A DNA stretch of 64,000 bases from an uncultured Acidobacteriaceae bacterium (GCA_963774175.1 CAVZDT010000023.1:4542-68541); one strand, 5' to 3'; numbered from the stretch's first letter, positions 51,789-64,000 are shown. Made by a program: numbers and translations. The notes: generated by a model from the sequence alone, not told the origin.

Positions 51789-54416
51789 ATGATTCTGACC
51801 CGACGCAGCGCAGTGCGATTGCTTGTTGGAGTTCCGGCAATGGTCCTTGGCCCTGGTGCTGCGAGATCACTGACTGGCTTGTCCACGCCAGCAGCAACTC
51901 GAATAGAACAAATCATTGTTGTATGCAAAACGCACTTCGACATCGGATATTCGGACAGGGTGGCCGAGGTTTTGGGCTTTTATCGAACCACGATGATTGA
52001 TCGTGCGCTCGATCTGATCGACAAATCGAAAGGGCTGCCACCGGAAGAACAGTTCATTTGGACTTGTCCCGGCTGGGTTTTCGATCGGATTGTCGAGGAC
52101 TGGCCCGGCCAGACAGCCGAACGCCGTCAACGACTGGATCGTGCAGTGAAGGCTGGCCGAGTCGTTGCTCACGCGATGCCGTTCAGCATAGAGAGCGAGT
52201 TGATGTGGCCCGAAGAGTTTGCGCGAGGTTACACATTTTCCGATCGTTCCTGTCGGCGATATGGCCTGCCGATATCGCGAGGGGCGAAAACATCAGACGT
52301 GCCTTCTCAATCGAGAGCGCTTGCGACGGGGCTTGCGCACGGCGGAATCAAGTTTATGCACATTGGGTGTAACTGGCCCTCTGGCTATGTTCACGGTCTT
52401 CCGCCACTCTTCTGGTGGGAGGGACCGGACGGTTCGTGTGTGTTGACGATGTATTCAACAATCTACGGAACCTGTACAGCACTTTGGCCGTGGGGAGGCG
52501 AGGGCGATCCTTACATTGGGCATAATCTGGTACCTCCTAATGACTGGCCATATAAGACCTGGCCCGCCATCATCGTTACTTCGGACAACTCTGGGCCGCC
52601 CACCTTGGAAGAAGTCAAATCACTTTTTGCGGAAGCATTAGAAAAGCTTCCAGGCACAACAATCCGAATGGGCACATTGGACGACATCGCGGACGCGATC
52701 CTGGCAGAAAAACCCGAATTGGCCGTAGTTCGCGGTGAAACACCAGATACGTGGATTCATGGATGCATGTCGGATCCCGGCGGAATGCGGCACGCACGAA
52801 ATGTGCATCCACTGATCCCAGCCGCAGAGGTCTTACATGCCCAGTTGTGCCAGTGGGGCGTGCAAACTCAAACTCATGATGAGGAACTCGCAAAAGCATT
52901 TGAACAAAGCCTGCTATACAGCGAGCATACCTGGGGACTTGGGCAGTCCGTTGACGTCTACGAGAAGGCCTTTAAAGAGCTTCCTCCAAGTAAGTATCAG
53001 AAACTCGAAGCCTCCTGGGAAGATAAGACGAACTATATCCGGACTGCAGCAAGCATCACTTCCTCGCTGTTAGATAGTGGACTAGCGGCGCTCGCGCAAG
53101 GCGTTGATACAAAGGGGCCCAAGCTTGTGGTTTATAATCCGTTGCCTTGGCAGCGTTCTGGGCTGGTTGAAATCAATGGCACCACCTTCCATGCAAAGGA
53201 TATTCCGGCGCTCGGCTACAAGACGTTCCCCTCCCCGCCTGTCATCGTCTCGAAATCTCTGTCAGGTAATGTTCTGGAAAATGAGTTCATGAGGGTAAGA
53301 CTCGACCCTGTCCGCGGCACGATTGCTTCCCTTATCGAGAAACGCACGAGCCGGGAGTGGATCGACGGATCGGCAGAATTTGGCTTGGGCCAATATTTGA
53401 ATGAACGATTCGAATTGTCTCAGACTGAAGATTACTGCCGCGATTATCAGCAAGGTAGATGGGGCAATCATCTGCACCCAGGGATGTACAAACCGGGTCT
53501 TCCTCCCGAAGCGCTCTACCGTCGTGCTTCTGGCTCGAACGGTTCCATGCGTCTCGCCAGGCAAGGTGAAAAGCTTACCGGCGTTTTAGAAATGCCAGAT
53601 GATTTGAACAACCATCTTCCGGCAACGTCTCTGCGCGTGACCATTCATGAGGGAGTTTCTTATCTCGATGTCGAGCTAACAATCAAGGATAAAGTAAAGG
53701 ATAACTGGCCAGAAGCCGATTGGCTCTGTTTGCCTTTCAAATTAGATTCGCCCCAGTTCCGTGTAGCTCGGACGCTCGGAGTCATGGACCCGGCGCACGA
53801 TATCATGACTGGTTCGAATCGTCACATATATGCAGTAGGTGCAGGACTGACCATCACCGGCAGCGATGGAGCGAGCGTCTCACTCTGTCCGATGGACCAC
53901 CCCCTGGTCAGTCTGGATACACCAGGCATCTGGAAGTTTTCGCTGGATTTTGTTCCCAGGAAACCGGTGGTCTTCCTCAACCTGTATAACAACCAATGGA
54001 ATACGAATTATCGCTATTGGTATTCGGGCACTTGGAGTTCACGAATTCGCATTTGGTTCGGCGACAAACTCGCGGTGCCCGCTTTGGAAACGATGATGCC
54101 ATTGTTGGGTTTTGCCGGTTCTGGAGCCGGTGGATCACTTCCCTCAAATCAGTCAGGAATTAGCGTGTCGCGTCAAGGCGTCGTTGTCAGTGCGCTCAAG
54201 CAGAAAATGGATCGCGGAGTAACCTTTCTGCGCGTATGGGAACTCGCCGGAGAATCCGGCCAAGTAACGGTGCAACTGCCGAGCAGATCGCACGCGCGCA
54301 TCGCTAGACCTGTGGACTTGCGCGGCGATTCGGCGGGTCAGCCAATTGCAGTCGAAAGCGGTTCATTTGAGTTCGCACTCAACCGCTATGCCCCGGCTTC
54401 ATTTGTACTCGAGTAG
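51789..54416 (+). CDS. GH38-like glycoside hydrolase; Tat signal
   Basis: TRRSAV; KTHFDIGY, SDVP, LFWWEGPDGS, DNSGPP, EHTWG, VYNPLPWQRS, LENEF, NNQWNTNY. Confidence 0.82.
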   Translation: MILTRRSAVRLLVGVPAMVLGPGAARSLTGLSTPAATRIEQIIVVCKTHFDIGYSDRVAEVLGFYRTTMIDRALDLIDKSKGLPPEEQFIWTCPGWVFDRIVEDWPGQTAERRQRLDRAVKAGRVVAHAMPFSIESELMWPEEFARGYTFSDRSCRRYGLPISRGAKTSDVPSQSRALATGLAHGGIKFMHIGCNWPSGYVHGLPPLFWWEGPDGSCVLTMYSTIYGTCTALWPWGGEGDPYIGHNLVPPNDWPYKTWPAIIVTSDNSGPPTLEEVKSLFAEALEKLPGTTIRMGTLDDIADAILAEKPELAVVRGETPDTWIHGCMSDPGGMRHARNVHPLIPAAEVLHAQLCQWGVQTQTHDEELAKAFEQSLLYSEHTWGLGQSVDVYEKAFKELPPSKYQKLEASWEDKTNYIRTAASITSSLLDSGLAALAQGVDTKGPKLVVYNPLPWQRSGLVEINGTTFHAKDIPALGYKTFPSPPVIVSKSLSGNVLENEFMRVRLDPVRGTIASLIEKRTSREWIDGSAEFGLGQYLNERFELSQTEDYCRDYQQGRWGNHLHPGMYKPGLPPEALYRRASGSNGSMRLARQGEKLTGVLEMPDDLNNHLPATSLRVTIHEGVSYLDVELTIKDKVKDNWPEADWLCLPFKLDSPQFRVARTLGVMDPAHDIMTGSNRHIYAVGAGLTITGSDGASVSLCPMDHPLVSLDTPGIWKFSLDFVPRKPVVFLNLYNNQWNTNYRYWYSGTWSSRIRIWFGDKLAVPALETMMPLLGFAGSGAGGSLPSNQSGISVSRQGVVVSALKQKMDRGVTFLRVWELAGESGQVTVQLPSRSHARIARPVDLRGDSAGQPIAVESGSFEFALNRYAPASFVLE

Positions 54417-54432
54417 GATTCCCACTTAGTCC

Positions 54433-55653
54433 GTGGCGCAGGGTCGGGAGGTATTGGTGCTCGGAATCTTGAATACCAAGAATCTCGCGCGAATCTTGCT
54501 ATTCGTACTCTGCCCTTGCGTGCTATGCGATTCACAGAGCCAATTGCAGAAAGCTCAAGAACTACTTGCCAGGGGTTCACTGGCTGAAGCTGTAACCGTC
54601 CTTCGCCAGGTTGTTCGAGATGACCCGGCCAACCTTGACGCACATCTGTCACTTGGAACTGCGCTGGCATTGCAGGGCCTTCGCGTTCAATCCCTCAAGG
54701 AGATGGCGACGGCAATCAAGTTGTCGCCAAACTCGGCGAAAGCGCGCAATCAGTTGGGAATCATTTTGAGCCGATTTCTCGAGACAGATGCGGCTCGCAA
54801 GGCCTTCGCAGACGCGCTCTCTTTGGATCCGAACCTGGCGGAAGCCCACGTGAACCTAGCGTTGATATTGGCGCAGACCGGCGAACTGGCCGAAGCTCAT
54901 GAGCATCTTGACCGGGCGATCGTCCTCTACGGCGACACCAAACCCGCTGCAAGGGCTTACTTCCTGAGAGCGAAGGTGTGGAGTGCGCAGGGAGACAATG
55001 ACAAAGCGATAACTGATTTGGAGAAGGCTACCGAGGTTGACTCAGCGAACGCAGACGCATGGTTCGATATGTCCCAGCTCAAGCAGAGCAAGGGAGATAT
55101 GGATGGTGCATTCGCGGCAGCCAGGAAGGTCGTTGATTTAAATCCAAGCCTTGCCCCAGCGCAGTCGTGGCTAGGCCAGATGTACCTTGAGAATGCCGAC
55201 GCGGCACAGGCGGTGAAACATCTCCAGGTCGCACGCTCTCTGGGCGTGGATGATAAAGCGACTCTCTATTCGCTTTCGCGAGCGCTTCGTGCAAATGGCC
55301 AAACTGAAGACGCCAGGCGCGTTGAAGAGCAGGTAATGCAAATGCAACATCTGAGCAATCAAGCCGGAAAGGTACTCTTCACTGCTTCTGGATTGAATGA
55401 GGAAGGACTGACGTTGGAGCGTCAAGGCGATCTTGTTGGCGCGTTGGAGAAATACCACAAGGCGGTCGATCTCGACCCGACTGGGTACGGTTTCCGGCTG
55501 AATTATGCACTGGCGTTATGCCGGCTCGGAAAATGGCAGGAAGCGATCACCCAATTGCATGAGGTTCTAAAGGAAGACCCTAATAATGCGGACGCCGCAA
55601 AGGCACTGTTCGTAGCGCAAGAGGAAATTGCGAAAACGACTAAGCCAAACTAG
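54433..55653 (+). CDS. Tetratricopeptide-repeat protein (start uncertain)
   Basis: Repeated TPR pattern (AHLSLGTAL, ARNQLGIIL, AHVNLALIL, NYALAL, DP turns). Confidence 0.88.
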   Translation: MAQGREVLVLGILNTKNLARILLFVLCPCVLCDSQSQLQKAQELLARGSLAEAVTVLRQVVRDDPANLDAHLSLGTALALQGLRVQSLKEMATAIKLSPNSAKARNQLGIILSRFLETDAARKAFADALSLDPNLAEAHVNLALILAQTGELAEAHEHLDRAIVLYGDTKPAARAYFLRAKVWSAQGDNDKAITDLEKATEVDSANADAWFDMSQLKQSKGDMDGAFAAARKVVDLNPSLAPAQSWLGQMYLENADAAQAVKHLQVARSLGVDDKATLYSLSRALRANGQTEDARRVEEQVMQMQHLSNQAGKVLFTASGLNEEGLTLERQGDLVGALEKYHKAVDLDPTGYGFRLNYALALCRLGKWQEAITQLHEVLKEDPNNADAAKALFVAQEEIAKTTKPN

Positions 55654-56441
55654 ACGCGGGTAACGTCGATACCAAGTTTCTCGAAAGGTGCAATCGCGGA
55701 AGCAGACGCTCCGGTATCCGTAATCATCCGGTCGATCTCCTTTGTGGGACAGAGGAGATACTTACTGACCGAACCGAGTTTGCTGTGGTCAGCTACCACG
55801 ACTTTCATTTTGGCGTGCTGTACAAGTCTCCTCAGAACCTCTGCTTCGGAAGAATTCGTGCAGGTCAGGCCTTGTTTCGCATCGATACCGTCGACGCCAA
55901 TGAACATGATGTCGGAAAAAAGCATTTCGGCTGCTGCGGTTGCGAGCGGGCCGACAAGAGTGAACCAACTTCCCCGGAGGTGCCCCCCCGTTACGATCAC
56001 CTCGATATCTTTCCGATTACTCAACTCCATCGCGACGTTGACGGTATTCGTGATAATGGAAATGTCACTAAGCACTTTAAGACTTCGAACCACTTCAGTA
56101 GTCGTAGTGCCACCCGTCAATGCGACGGTCTGGCCCGAGCTGACAAGTTTAGCCGCCGCCAACGCGATGCGACGCTTTTCTTCCGCGAAACTGCTCACCC
56201 TGTCCTGGAAAGAAGTGTCATTGCGAAAAGGCTCGTAGAACAACGGCCCCATCGGCACCGCGCCACCGCGAGTGCGCTTGAGCAATGACCGGCTTTCGAG
56301 ATCCTCTAGATCTCGACGAATTGTGGCAATGGATGCGCCGAGCGTCTCGCAGAGTTCGTCGACAGCGACACTACCTGTCTCCTGGACTCGCTGAACGATA
56401 TATTCCTGGCGCGCGATCAAGTTGTCACTTTTTGCGGGCAT
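55650..56441 (-). CDS. DeoR/GlpR-family transcriptional regulator
   Basis: SIATIRRDLEDLE...RTRGGA, EKRRIA, GGTTT, ITN, ADHSK. Confidence 0.95.
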   Translation of the reverse strand: MPAKSDNLIARQEYIVQRVQETGSVAVDELCETLGASIATIRRDLEDLESRSLLKRTRGGAVPMGPLFYEPFRNDTSFQDRVSSFAEEKRRIALAAAKLVSSGQTVALTGGTTTTEVVRSLKVLSDISIITNTVNVAMELSNRKDIEVIVTGGHLRGSWFTLVGPLATAAAEMLFSDIMFIGVDGIDAKQGLTCTNSSEAEVLRRLVQHAKMKVVVADHSKLGSVSKYLLCPTKEIDRMITDTGASASAIAPFEKLGIDVTRV

Positions 56442-56661
56442 ATTGCTTAGCCTATCAAGCTGACAGATCGATTAGATCCATCGCTCTCATTATGTGCTCG
56501 ATTGGATAGTTTCACTCGTATATTATGATGCCACAATCGAAAGATGGAATCACAGATTTGGAATTTGCGAAAGCCTCTTAAAGCGCGACTTGGAGAAACT
56601 CGTGCGCTCAAGCGGCGGCGAAGGAATGAACGGTGAACACGGAAAGCGGAAGGAAGCGATT

Positions 56662-57675
56662 GTGAGCAGTACGTCGACGGGGATCGCAACCCTCATCATA
56701 GCCGGGGTTACGAACGCCAGTTTCACAATGCCCATGAAATATACCCGCAAATGGGCATGGGAAAACACGTGGTTGGTCTGGACAGCATTCGCGCTTGTCG
56801 TTCTTCCGGTGGTGGTCGCGCTGATGACTATTCCGAATCTGACTTCGGTGTATCGGTCTGCAGCTTTGGGAGCAATTCTTGAAGTTTGCGGATTTGGTGC
56901 GGGCTGGGGAGTTGCGCAGGTTTTTTTCGGACTTGCGGTGGACATGATCGGGATTACGCTGGCGTTTTCCATCGTGTTGGGGACCTCTGCGGCCGTGGGC
57001 AGCCTGATCCCGATGTTGTTTCTACACCGGGAAAACCTCAATACCAAGGCAGGCTATGCGGTAATTGGGGCAGTTGCCTTTGTTCTAATGGGGGTAATGC
57101 TCTGCGCCGCGGCAGGAAGAATACGAGAGGGATCGAAGACGCTTTCCATTTCCTCACACAGACGGACATCGCAAGGGCTGGCGCTTGCGTTTCTTTGCGG
57201 TTTTGCCGCATCCTTCATGAATCTCGGTGTCGCTTTTGGAACGCCGTTGATTGAACTAGCTCGCTCCTTTGGTGCAAGTGGGCCCAGCGCGATCAATGCT
57301 GTTTGGCTTCCGCTGATGCTTGCGGGTGCAATTCCGAACGTTCTGTATTGTGCATGGTTGATGAAACGTAATCATTCCGGGAGCAGATACCGAGTGGGGC
57401 GTTCGCATTGGGCGCTGGCAGCGATCATGGCGGTCCTCTGGTTCGGAAGCACCCTGCTTTACGGACTGGCCGCCGGTCAACTGGGAACTTGGGGTCCGAT
57501 TCTTGGATGGCCTTTCTTCATGTCACTAATCGTGATCACCGCAACCACGCTGGGCGTTCTCACAGGTGAGTGGAAGGACTCGGGACCACTTCCAATCCGT
57601 ATCCAGTGGACCGGTGTGACCGTGCTTGTGCTCGCTATCTTTATCCTGGCGAGCTCGAGCCGTTATTTGCAGTAA
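56662..57675 (+). CDS. RhaT-like sugar/H+ symporter
   Basis: PMKYTRKWAWENTW, GWGVAQVFFG, GEWK; GTG start after AAGGAAG. Confidence 0.85.
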   Translation: MSSTSTGIATLIIAGVTNASFTMPMKYTRKWAWENTWLVWTAFALVVLPVVVALMTIPNLTSVYRSAALGAILEVCGFGAGWGVAQVFFGLAVDMIGITLAFSIVLGTSAAVGSLIPMLFLHRENLNTKAGYAVIGAVAFVLMGVMLCAAAGRIREGSKTLSISSHRRTSQGLALAFLCGFAASFMNLGVAFGTPLIELARSFGASGPSAINAVWLPLMLAGAIPNVLYCAWLMKRNHSGSRYRVGRSHWALAAIMAVLWFGSTLLYGLAAGQLGTWGPILGWPFFMSLIVITATTLGVLTGEWKDSGPLPIRIQWTGVTVLVLAIFILASSSRYLQ

Positions 57676-58028
57676 TTCAAGCTCATGAGTCCAAGCCACA
57701 AATCGGGGACACTGTCCGTAGCGTAATTGCAAGATAGGAGGCAGAGCGAGTGCCCTCTCGCCATTCAACGGCGCGGGTGTACCACTGTGCCACTGGACTC
57801 GAAAGGACTGCCCGCTGGAGTCGGGAGCGAAGTGCCATATGATGCGAAGCAACAATATTTAAACGACCAGGCCACGAGTTGGCATTCGCACGTCATGTTT
57901 TCGTTTCAGGCAATGCTGCGGAGAGCTGGGGCGCCGATCTGCCCGGCTCTCCAGTCATTTCGAACATTGATCCTCAAGAACGTGTGACGATTTTCATGGT
58001 TTTTGGGCGCCAATTGATCTGAATCGCA

Positions 58029-60472
58029 TCACCTGCTTTCCCTGGACTCATCGCCGAAGAGTCCGATCTGTACCGATCCGAGTCTCCTCGCTTCTTTGGT
58101 GGGGGTGCCGTTAACCGGAGCAAACGGAAGCGTCGTTACTGGCGAGTCGTGCTTCTGGATCAGGTATTTGGTTCCCGCTACAGCACGAAAACTCAGAATC
58201 CTGGGTTGAGTCGCCGCTGATGACTTTCGTTCCAGCAATCCCAGCGATTACATCTACTGACTGACCTGGCCAGGGATTGCGGACGCGGAGCGGCGCTGTA
58301 ATGCCGGCCTCGATCACCGCCGTCACTACTTGACCGTCGCTCACTTCGACATCCACCTTTGTCTTTCCGCGCACGAAGACACTGCCGTCGAAATCTCCAG
58401 CCTGGAGGAATGGCAGGCGCAATGCCGGATCACTCCGTCGTAATCCTGCACCAGAGCTTCTTGAGCGCATCGGCAACGATTCCTGTCTCTTCGATATAGA
58501 ACTCACCGTATTCACTATCCCAGTTTGCGAAGCCATTCACCGTGTGCTGTGATCGCTCGGTGATGGTTAGCAGAGTAGAACCCACTTCGTCGCCAAGATG
58601 CAGCCGCGCGGCCTGAATGGGATCGAAGCTCCAGTCCGCCACACCTTTGAACAAGCGATGGTCATAGGTGCGTTTCGCCAGGGGGAACAGCGGTGATGTG
58701 TCACCTATGAGATCGTAGGGCCACACCGGCTCCAGACCTATGTTCTCCGCATTGTGATTTTGCGCCGCGGGAAGGTACGATTCCGCGATCACATCTTCGC
58801 CGGCGGCATCGTCCGACGCAGAGAGCAGTGTCTTCGCATCCGGTGCGTCCGTGCGCGGTAGCGGCGGTATTTTGAGAATCGCGTTCTTGCAGTTCCTGGA
58901 TCAGTTCCTGGATCTTTGCCCAGCATTCTGGCCGCTTCGATGGTCACGGGATAGAGAGCCTGGGCCGCGGCGATGTCCGTCGTTGGGTCCGTCACATCCC
59001 ATTGTGTCTCGTGTGCATTGGACGGACTGGTGTGCAGAAGGCCATCGGAACCGGGCTTCTGGTACGCAAGCAGAAAACGTGCCGACGCCGCCATCACCGG
59101 ATAATTCGCTGCCAGGAATGCACGATCATTGGTTGCCAGATACTGCTGCCATATCCAGAGCGAAACCTCCGCGCCAGTTGAAAGCGTTCGTGCATTGTAG
59201 TACGGAGGGAACGCGAGATCGCAGTCACGTCCGATTTTGCCGGGAATCTTGGTCGTCTTCCAGCTCGATTCATACTCGATGCCGCGGCCATTGAATCGCA
59301 TTGTCTCTGGAACGCATGCGCCCGGACGCCCATTCATGTACCGCTTCGTCCAATCTTCAATGCTGGGCTAGATTTTCGCGGTAAAGATTGAAGTAGGGAG
59401 CGTTCAGCTCCGGCAGGCCCGCTCCGATGTTTGCCGCCACTTGCATGCGAAGGTTCCAATGCCAGAACGCTGATGAGTCCCAACGATGCGCATCGCGCGC
59501 TGACGACAGCATGTCGGCAACGCCGGCCTGAGAACCCGGATACTCCACTCCGCGCTCTGCGGCCGCTGAGAACAGGTAAATGTTGCGGAGGTTTTCCATA
59601 TAGTCGCCGGCGCCATCGCCGGAGTGCACTCTGATGAGCGCAGCACGATTCCAGAACTGATGCCACCAGATTCTGTGTGCTTCAGGCTGTCCCTGTGCAA
59701 GCGCAGTGGCGGACGATGCCGAACACGTCCCCATTGCCGTCAAAATGAGGAGCGGCAACCAGAATTCGAAAATGACCGTCTGCATATGGCTGAAAGGAAA
59801 CCGAGATCGTGCGCGAATCCAGAACCTTCGCAGACACGCCGCGACCATCCGCGGTGATAGCAGAAAGCGATCCAAAGTGGCGCCCGGACGACTCGGGATT
59901 CTTGTTATCGATCCACGCTTCGGAAAAGACACCAACGGTTCCATTCGACCATGGCGCTGGGGTTCGCGAGGCGGCCATAATTTCAGCAAGTGCGGTTTGA
60001 GGTTCGTCGGGCTTTGCGCCGGTTACGTCAACTATCAGCAGCGTCTGCGTCCGGTTGCACGTAGGCGATCGCGGTCATTCCTTCGCCCTGTTCGCGGAAG
60101 TCGCCATTGTAAAGATCGAGGCGGCCTGCATAGTCCGTGGCACTGGTCAAGGAGGCCAGACCTGGAATCACAACCTGTCCCGGAGACAGACGGTCAGGCA
60201 GTGTGTCGGCGCGATTCAGCTGCGCGGTAAACCCTTCGGCCGACCAGACAGCGACGCCGAGACTGCCATTGCCCAGAGGCATCGCTTCTTTGGCTTGCGT
60301 ATTCGCCTTGCCAAGAATAATGTCGGAACGGCTAAGGACTGCGGCAGTATCGACTTGAAACCTGCCGTCGTGCCAGGCAGTGGTGTTTCCAGAAGGAGAT
60401 TGGGCCCAGGAAGCCCTCGTGGCAACAGCTATCGACAAGAATTGCACGAGCGGCGAGTCTGTTCAGTTTCAT
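58029..60472 (-). CDS. GH95-like (alpha/alpha)6 glycoside hydrolase broken by multiple apparent indels
   Basis: Consecutive ORF pieces with MPLGNGSLG, WWHQFW, FWHWNLRMQ, SPSNAHETQW, PVWPY. Confidence 0.7.
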
Positions 60473-60551
60473 CTTTCACCTCGGTTTCCCGATTTCGAAT
60501 CTATTGAACGGGATGCTACGCTGCGCACAGCAGAGTCATGTCGTGCCACGC

Positions 60552-61914
60552 TCAGAGTGCTGCATTCAATCCGATCTGCACATCCTTTGTGGCGACGTTG
60601 TGGATCTGGGCCGGCCCGGTGAAGAGGTTGCCGGTGATTACTGCCCGGTCCACGCCTTCACCGAGAGAGATATGCGGCTGGTTCTGACGGAACTCGCAGC
60701 CACGAATCAGTACGCTGCCAGCAGACGACCTGGATCGCAGCGCGATCCTTGTGCCACTCGACAAAGGTGCAGTCGCTGAAACCGACTGTGCCCTGGCCTG
60801 CGATCTTTGCAATCTGGTTGCACGGGCCCCAGAAGGCGCTATTGCTGAACCGGACCACTCCGTTGTTGGTCTCCAGCACCTCAACCATCGTTGGATCGTC
60901 ACCCGTGAATGAAGTGAATTCTCCGTTCGTAATGAGCAGTCCGTAGGGCGCGCTCTGTTCCACCAGGATAGCCCGATTGCAGTTGTCCGCGCCGATGCCC
61001 AGGAAGTTGCCATTACATTCACCGGTTCCCGTGTGAACGAACTTGTAGCCGACCCGATATCCGTAGCAGAAGGTATTCAGGACATATTCCCAATCTGCGC
61101 GACCGAGGATGAATGCCTCGCCATTTTCGAGTCTGCCATTGATACACGCGGCCATGCCCACTCCACCAGGGATTGAAGTGAACATTCTCGACACGGCCAA
61201 TGTCATAGATGGCGTCGATCAAGATTCCGCGTCGCAGGGGCTGGCCGGAGATATTTCTGACGTTGTGGCGTTCATTGTGGCTGGCATCGATTCCCTGATA
61301 CGGGATTGAGCAACTCCAGATCGAACGCCGCCGGATTCTTACCCCGCATGGCAATCGTCCAGGGATACGCGATTGGCGCCGCATCTGTGACTTGCTCGGG
61401 ATAGTAGATCGTCAGGCCGGCCAGGGAACTGTTGGTGTTCAGGGTGATGAACGGCTGACCATCTTCCTTGCCGCGCCCAGCCGTCGACGAGCAACACGGT
61501 GCCATCGTCGCCAGGCTTCGGTTGGCCGCGGTCGCGCATTCCCGTGTGCGAAGGCACACAGCTGAACGATCCGCGCAGCGTTACGCCTTCAGGAATGTTG
61601 AGAACATCGCGAAACAGATACCGGCCCGGGGGAGCATAGACTGTGCCTCCGCCTGTGCGGTGCATGGAATCTAGCGCTCGTTGAAATGCGGCCGTCTCGT
61701 CGCTGGTCCCGTTTCCGCTCGCGCCGAAGTCTTTGACGCTTGTTGCCTGGACAGCCGATTGACTCCGCTCCGTCTGAGCAGCCGAGCAGTGCGGGAGTTG
61801 ACATGATCCCTGCGAGCCCGGCTGCTGTCCCGTAGTCAACAGACTTCGACGAGAGCGAAGCATCGCACCGCAAACTTCTTGCTCCTTCGCGTTGTCAGGC
61901 TTCAATGTATTCAT
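60552..61914 (-). CDS. Right-handed beta-helix (pectate-lyase-superfamily) protein, multiple apparent indels
   Basis: SVKDFGASGNGTSDETAAFQRALD...GGGTVYAPPGRY N-terminal motif; IGRVENVHFNPW. Confidence 0.75.
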
Positions 61915-64000
61915 TATTCCGATCCCGAAACGGCTGGATTCTCCTCACTCATAGAGGGCGGCGCAAGTTGCGCCGCGCTGCCCCACTGCAGATTCGGATG
62001 ATCGGCCATTTCCAGTATCGAGCGTTCCTCCATCGTCGATGTCCGCATGACGAAACCATGCGCGATTGAGTGGCTTTCCGTTGAGTCGAGCCGACTGGAT
62101 GTACTTATTGCGCGCAGAAACATGATTCGCGACAATCGTGAAGCGCTTGCCATTTCCCATACGGATCGTGGTCCGTGCAAAGATCGGGCTGCCGATTTCG
62201 TAAACGGGGCTACCTGGACACACTGGATAGAATCCCATCGCACTCAGTACATACCAGGAAGATGTTGCGCCTCCATCGTCATCCCCAGGGATGCCCAATG
62301 GCGCATTACCATACCACACATCCATCAATTGACGGACGCGCTGCTGCGTCTTCCAAGGCTGTCCCGAGAAATCGTAGAGATACGGGATATGGAAACTCGG
62401 CTCGTTCCCCTGGGCAGTACTGGCCCACGAGGCCGGTTGCGTCAGGAAACTGGTCAAGGAAATGCCACTTGGATGTGCCGTATTGCTCCACAAACAGTTG
62501 ATCCAGTTTTGCATTAAACGCGTCGCGGCCACCCATCAGACGAATGAGGCCGGCAACGTCATACTGCACATGAAACGTATAGAGCCATGAATTGACTTCC
62601 GTAAAATAGTCGCGGCCGCCATTTCCGCCGCCCAACTTCGGATCGAAATGACTAACCCATTCGCCGTCCGCACTCTTAGGGGCCATAAAATCGATGGTGG
62701 GATCGAATACGTTCTCATAATTGTGCGCCAGCCTGGTGAAATACTCTGCGTCATCCTTTTTGCCGAGCGCCTTAGCCAATTGCGCGACACACCAGTCGTC
62801 ATAACTGTTTTCGAGGGTGACAGAAACGGATTGGCGCCTCTCGGGAGTCACCTGGGGTTCAGTCTCTTTCGCACCGTAGGAAAGAGCCGGAAAGAAGCCC
62901 TTATCGAAGTAAACCCGGTCGAGATTGGTCAGCGGGCCACGGCTCCAGGGCAGCATCGTTGCCTCTGTGGCATTTTTGCGCATGGCGGCATAGGCCTGGG
63001 CGATGTCGAAATCCCGATATCCCTTTGGCGTACGCATCCAGGATGAAGGAGGCCGCGTGATGGCCGATCATCACCGCCTGTTCCCCCGCCACAGAAGGAA
63101 ATGAAGGCATCCAGCCGCTCTGCTGGTACATGCGGAGATAGGAGCGGATCATGTCCTCCTGCTGGTGCGGATCGAGCAACATCTGGAGCGGATGCAATGA
63201 GCGGTATGTATCCCAGAGGCCGTCATCGACGTAGAAGTGGTGGCCGTCTGCATCATGCACAGCGTGATCGTAGCCGCTGAAATACTTGCCGTCTTCCGTG
63301 ATGTCGGTCATTCGTCCCAGGGAGCGATAGAGAGCGGTGTAGAAGATCGTCCGCTGGCGCTCGGTTCCTCCGACGACCTGAACCGCGCCAAGAGCATCTT
63401 TCCAAGCCGCGCGCGCCTCGCCTTTCGCCTGATTGAATTCCCAGCCGGGAAGATCACGCTCCACATTGCGCCTTGCCTGTTCCGTGCTGATGTAGGAGAT
63501 CCCCACCTTTACCTGGATCGTCTCTCCCGCCAGGGTGGTCGAATCTGTGACGAATGCGATCTCGTCGCCTGATTGTTTTTGCGATTGGGATACCTCGCCG
63601 TTCTTGCCATGTTTTCCAGGAATTCAGGGGCCGTGAGAACTCGGCGTAGAAATACTCCCGGGTCTCCGGGCCGTCCTGCTCGAGGTGCACCACCGTTCCA
63701 TCCGCGCGCGTGCTGCCTTGAATCGCGTTATCACCGATCAAGGTGAACTCTGCATGATTGTGCAAACTCAGCACGAGATGAGCATGAGGACTCGCCGGAA
63801 ACGTGAAGCGATAATATGCAGCCTGCTTCGCGGCCGTGAATTCGGCTCGGATTCCCCAGGTCTGGAGGTCTGCTTCGTAGTAATAGGGAGTTGCGGTCTC
63901 AAAATCGTGATCATACGCAGACGCAAAGGCTTCCGGCTTGACTCCCGTTTCTCCAACCGAAGCCATGAGGAGAGCAGGACCAGCCGGAAAACCGTAAATC
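61914..64000 (-). CDS. GH92 alpha-mannosidase family (5' end outside window; multiple apparent indels)
   Basis: FYTALY, LWDTYRSLHPL, MIGHH, TLENSYDDW, QGNEPSFHIPYLY, PGDDDGGATSSWY. Confidence 0.9.

Overview
Core-genome segment plus an accessory sugar-utilisation block from a high-GC bacterium. The protein repertoire (Cys-rich RpoB insert, VWA-like exported protein, Oar-type TonB-dependent receptors) suggests Acidobacteriota/Terriglobia; this is inference. Positions 1-17.9 kb (mostly - strand) hold tRNA-Thr/Tyr/Thr/Gly, tuf, rpmG, tRNA-Trp, secE, nusG, rplK, then rplA, rplJ, rplL and partial rpoB. rplK and rplA are split by 7.3 kb of peptidase and exported-protein genes. Positions 18-28 kb encode envelope and signalling proteins (CsgG-like, Ser/Thr kinase, sorbosone dehydrogenase, TonB, GH5). 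Positions 28-64 kb hold a cytochrome c remnant, MarR-ClC and glycan-utilisation loci: GH29, GH27, GH95, SGNH, two TBDRs, GntR, DeoR, two RhaT-like symporters, fuconate dehydratase, SDR, PMI-like, GH38-like and GH92. The most striking unexplained signal is a family of inverted arrays of degenerate 7-nt tandem repeats (about 5 units per arm) in ten spacers of the translation cluster. Each starts right after the upstream gene, most end just before the next RBS or tRNA, and matching repeat 'dialects' flank individual genes. Many single-base indels, including in rpoB, point to uncorrected assembly errors, so frameshifts are not treated as biology.
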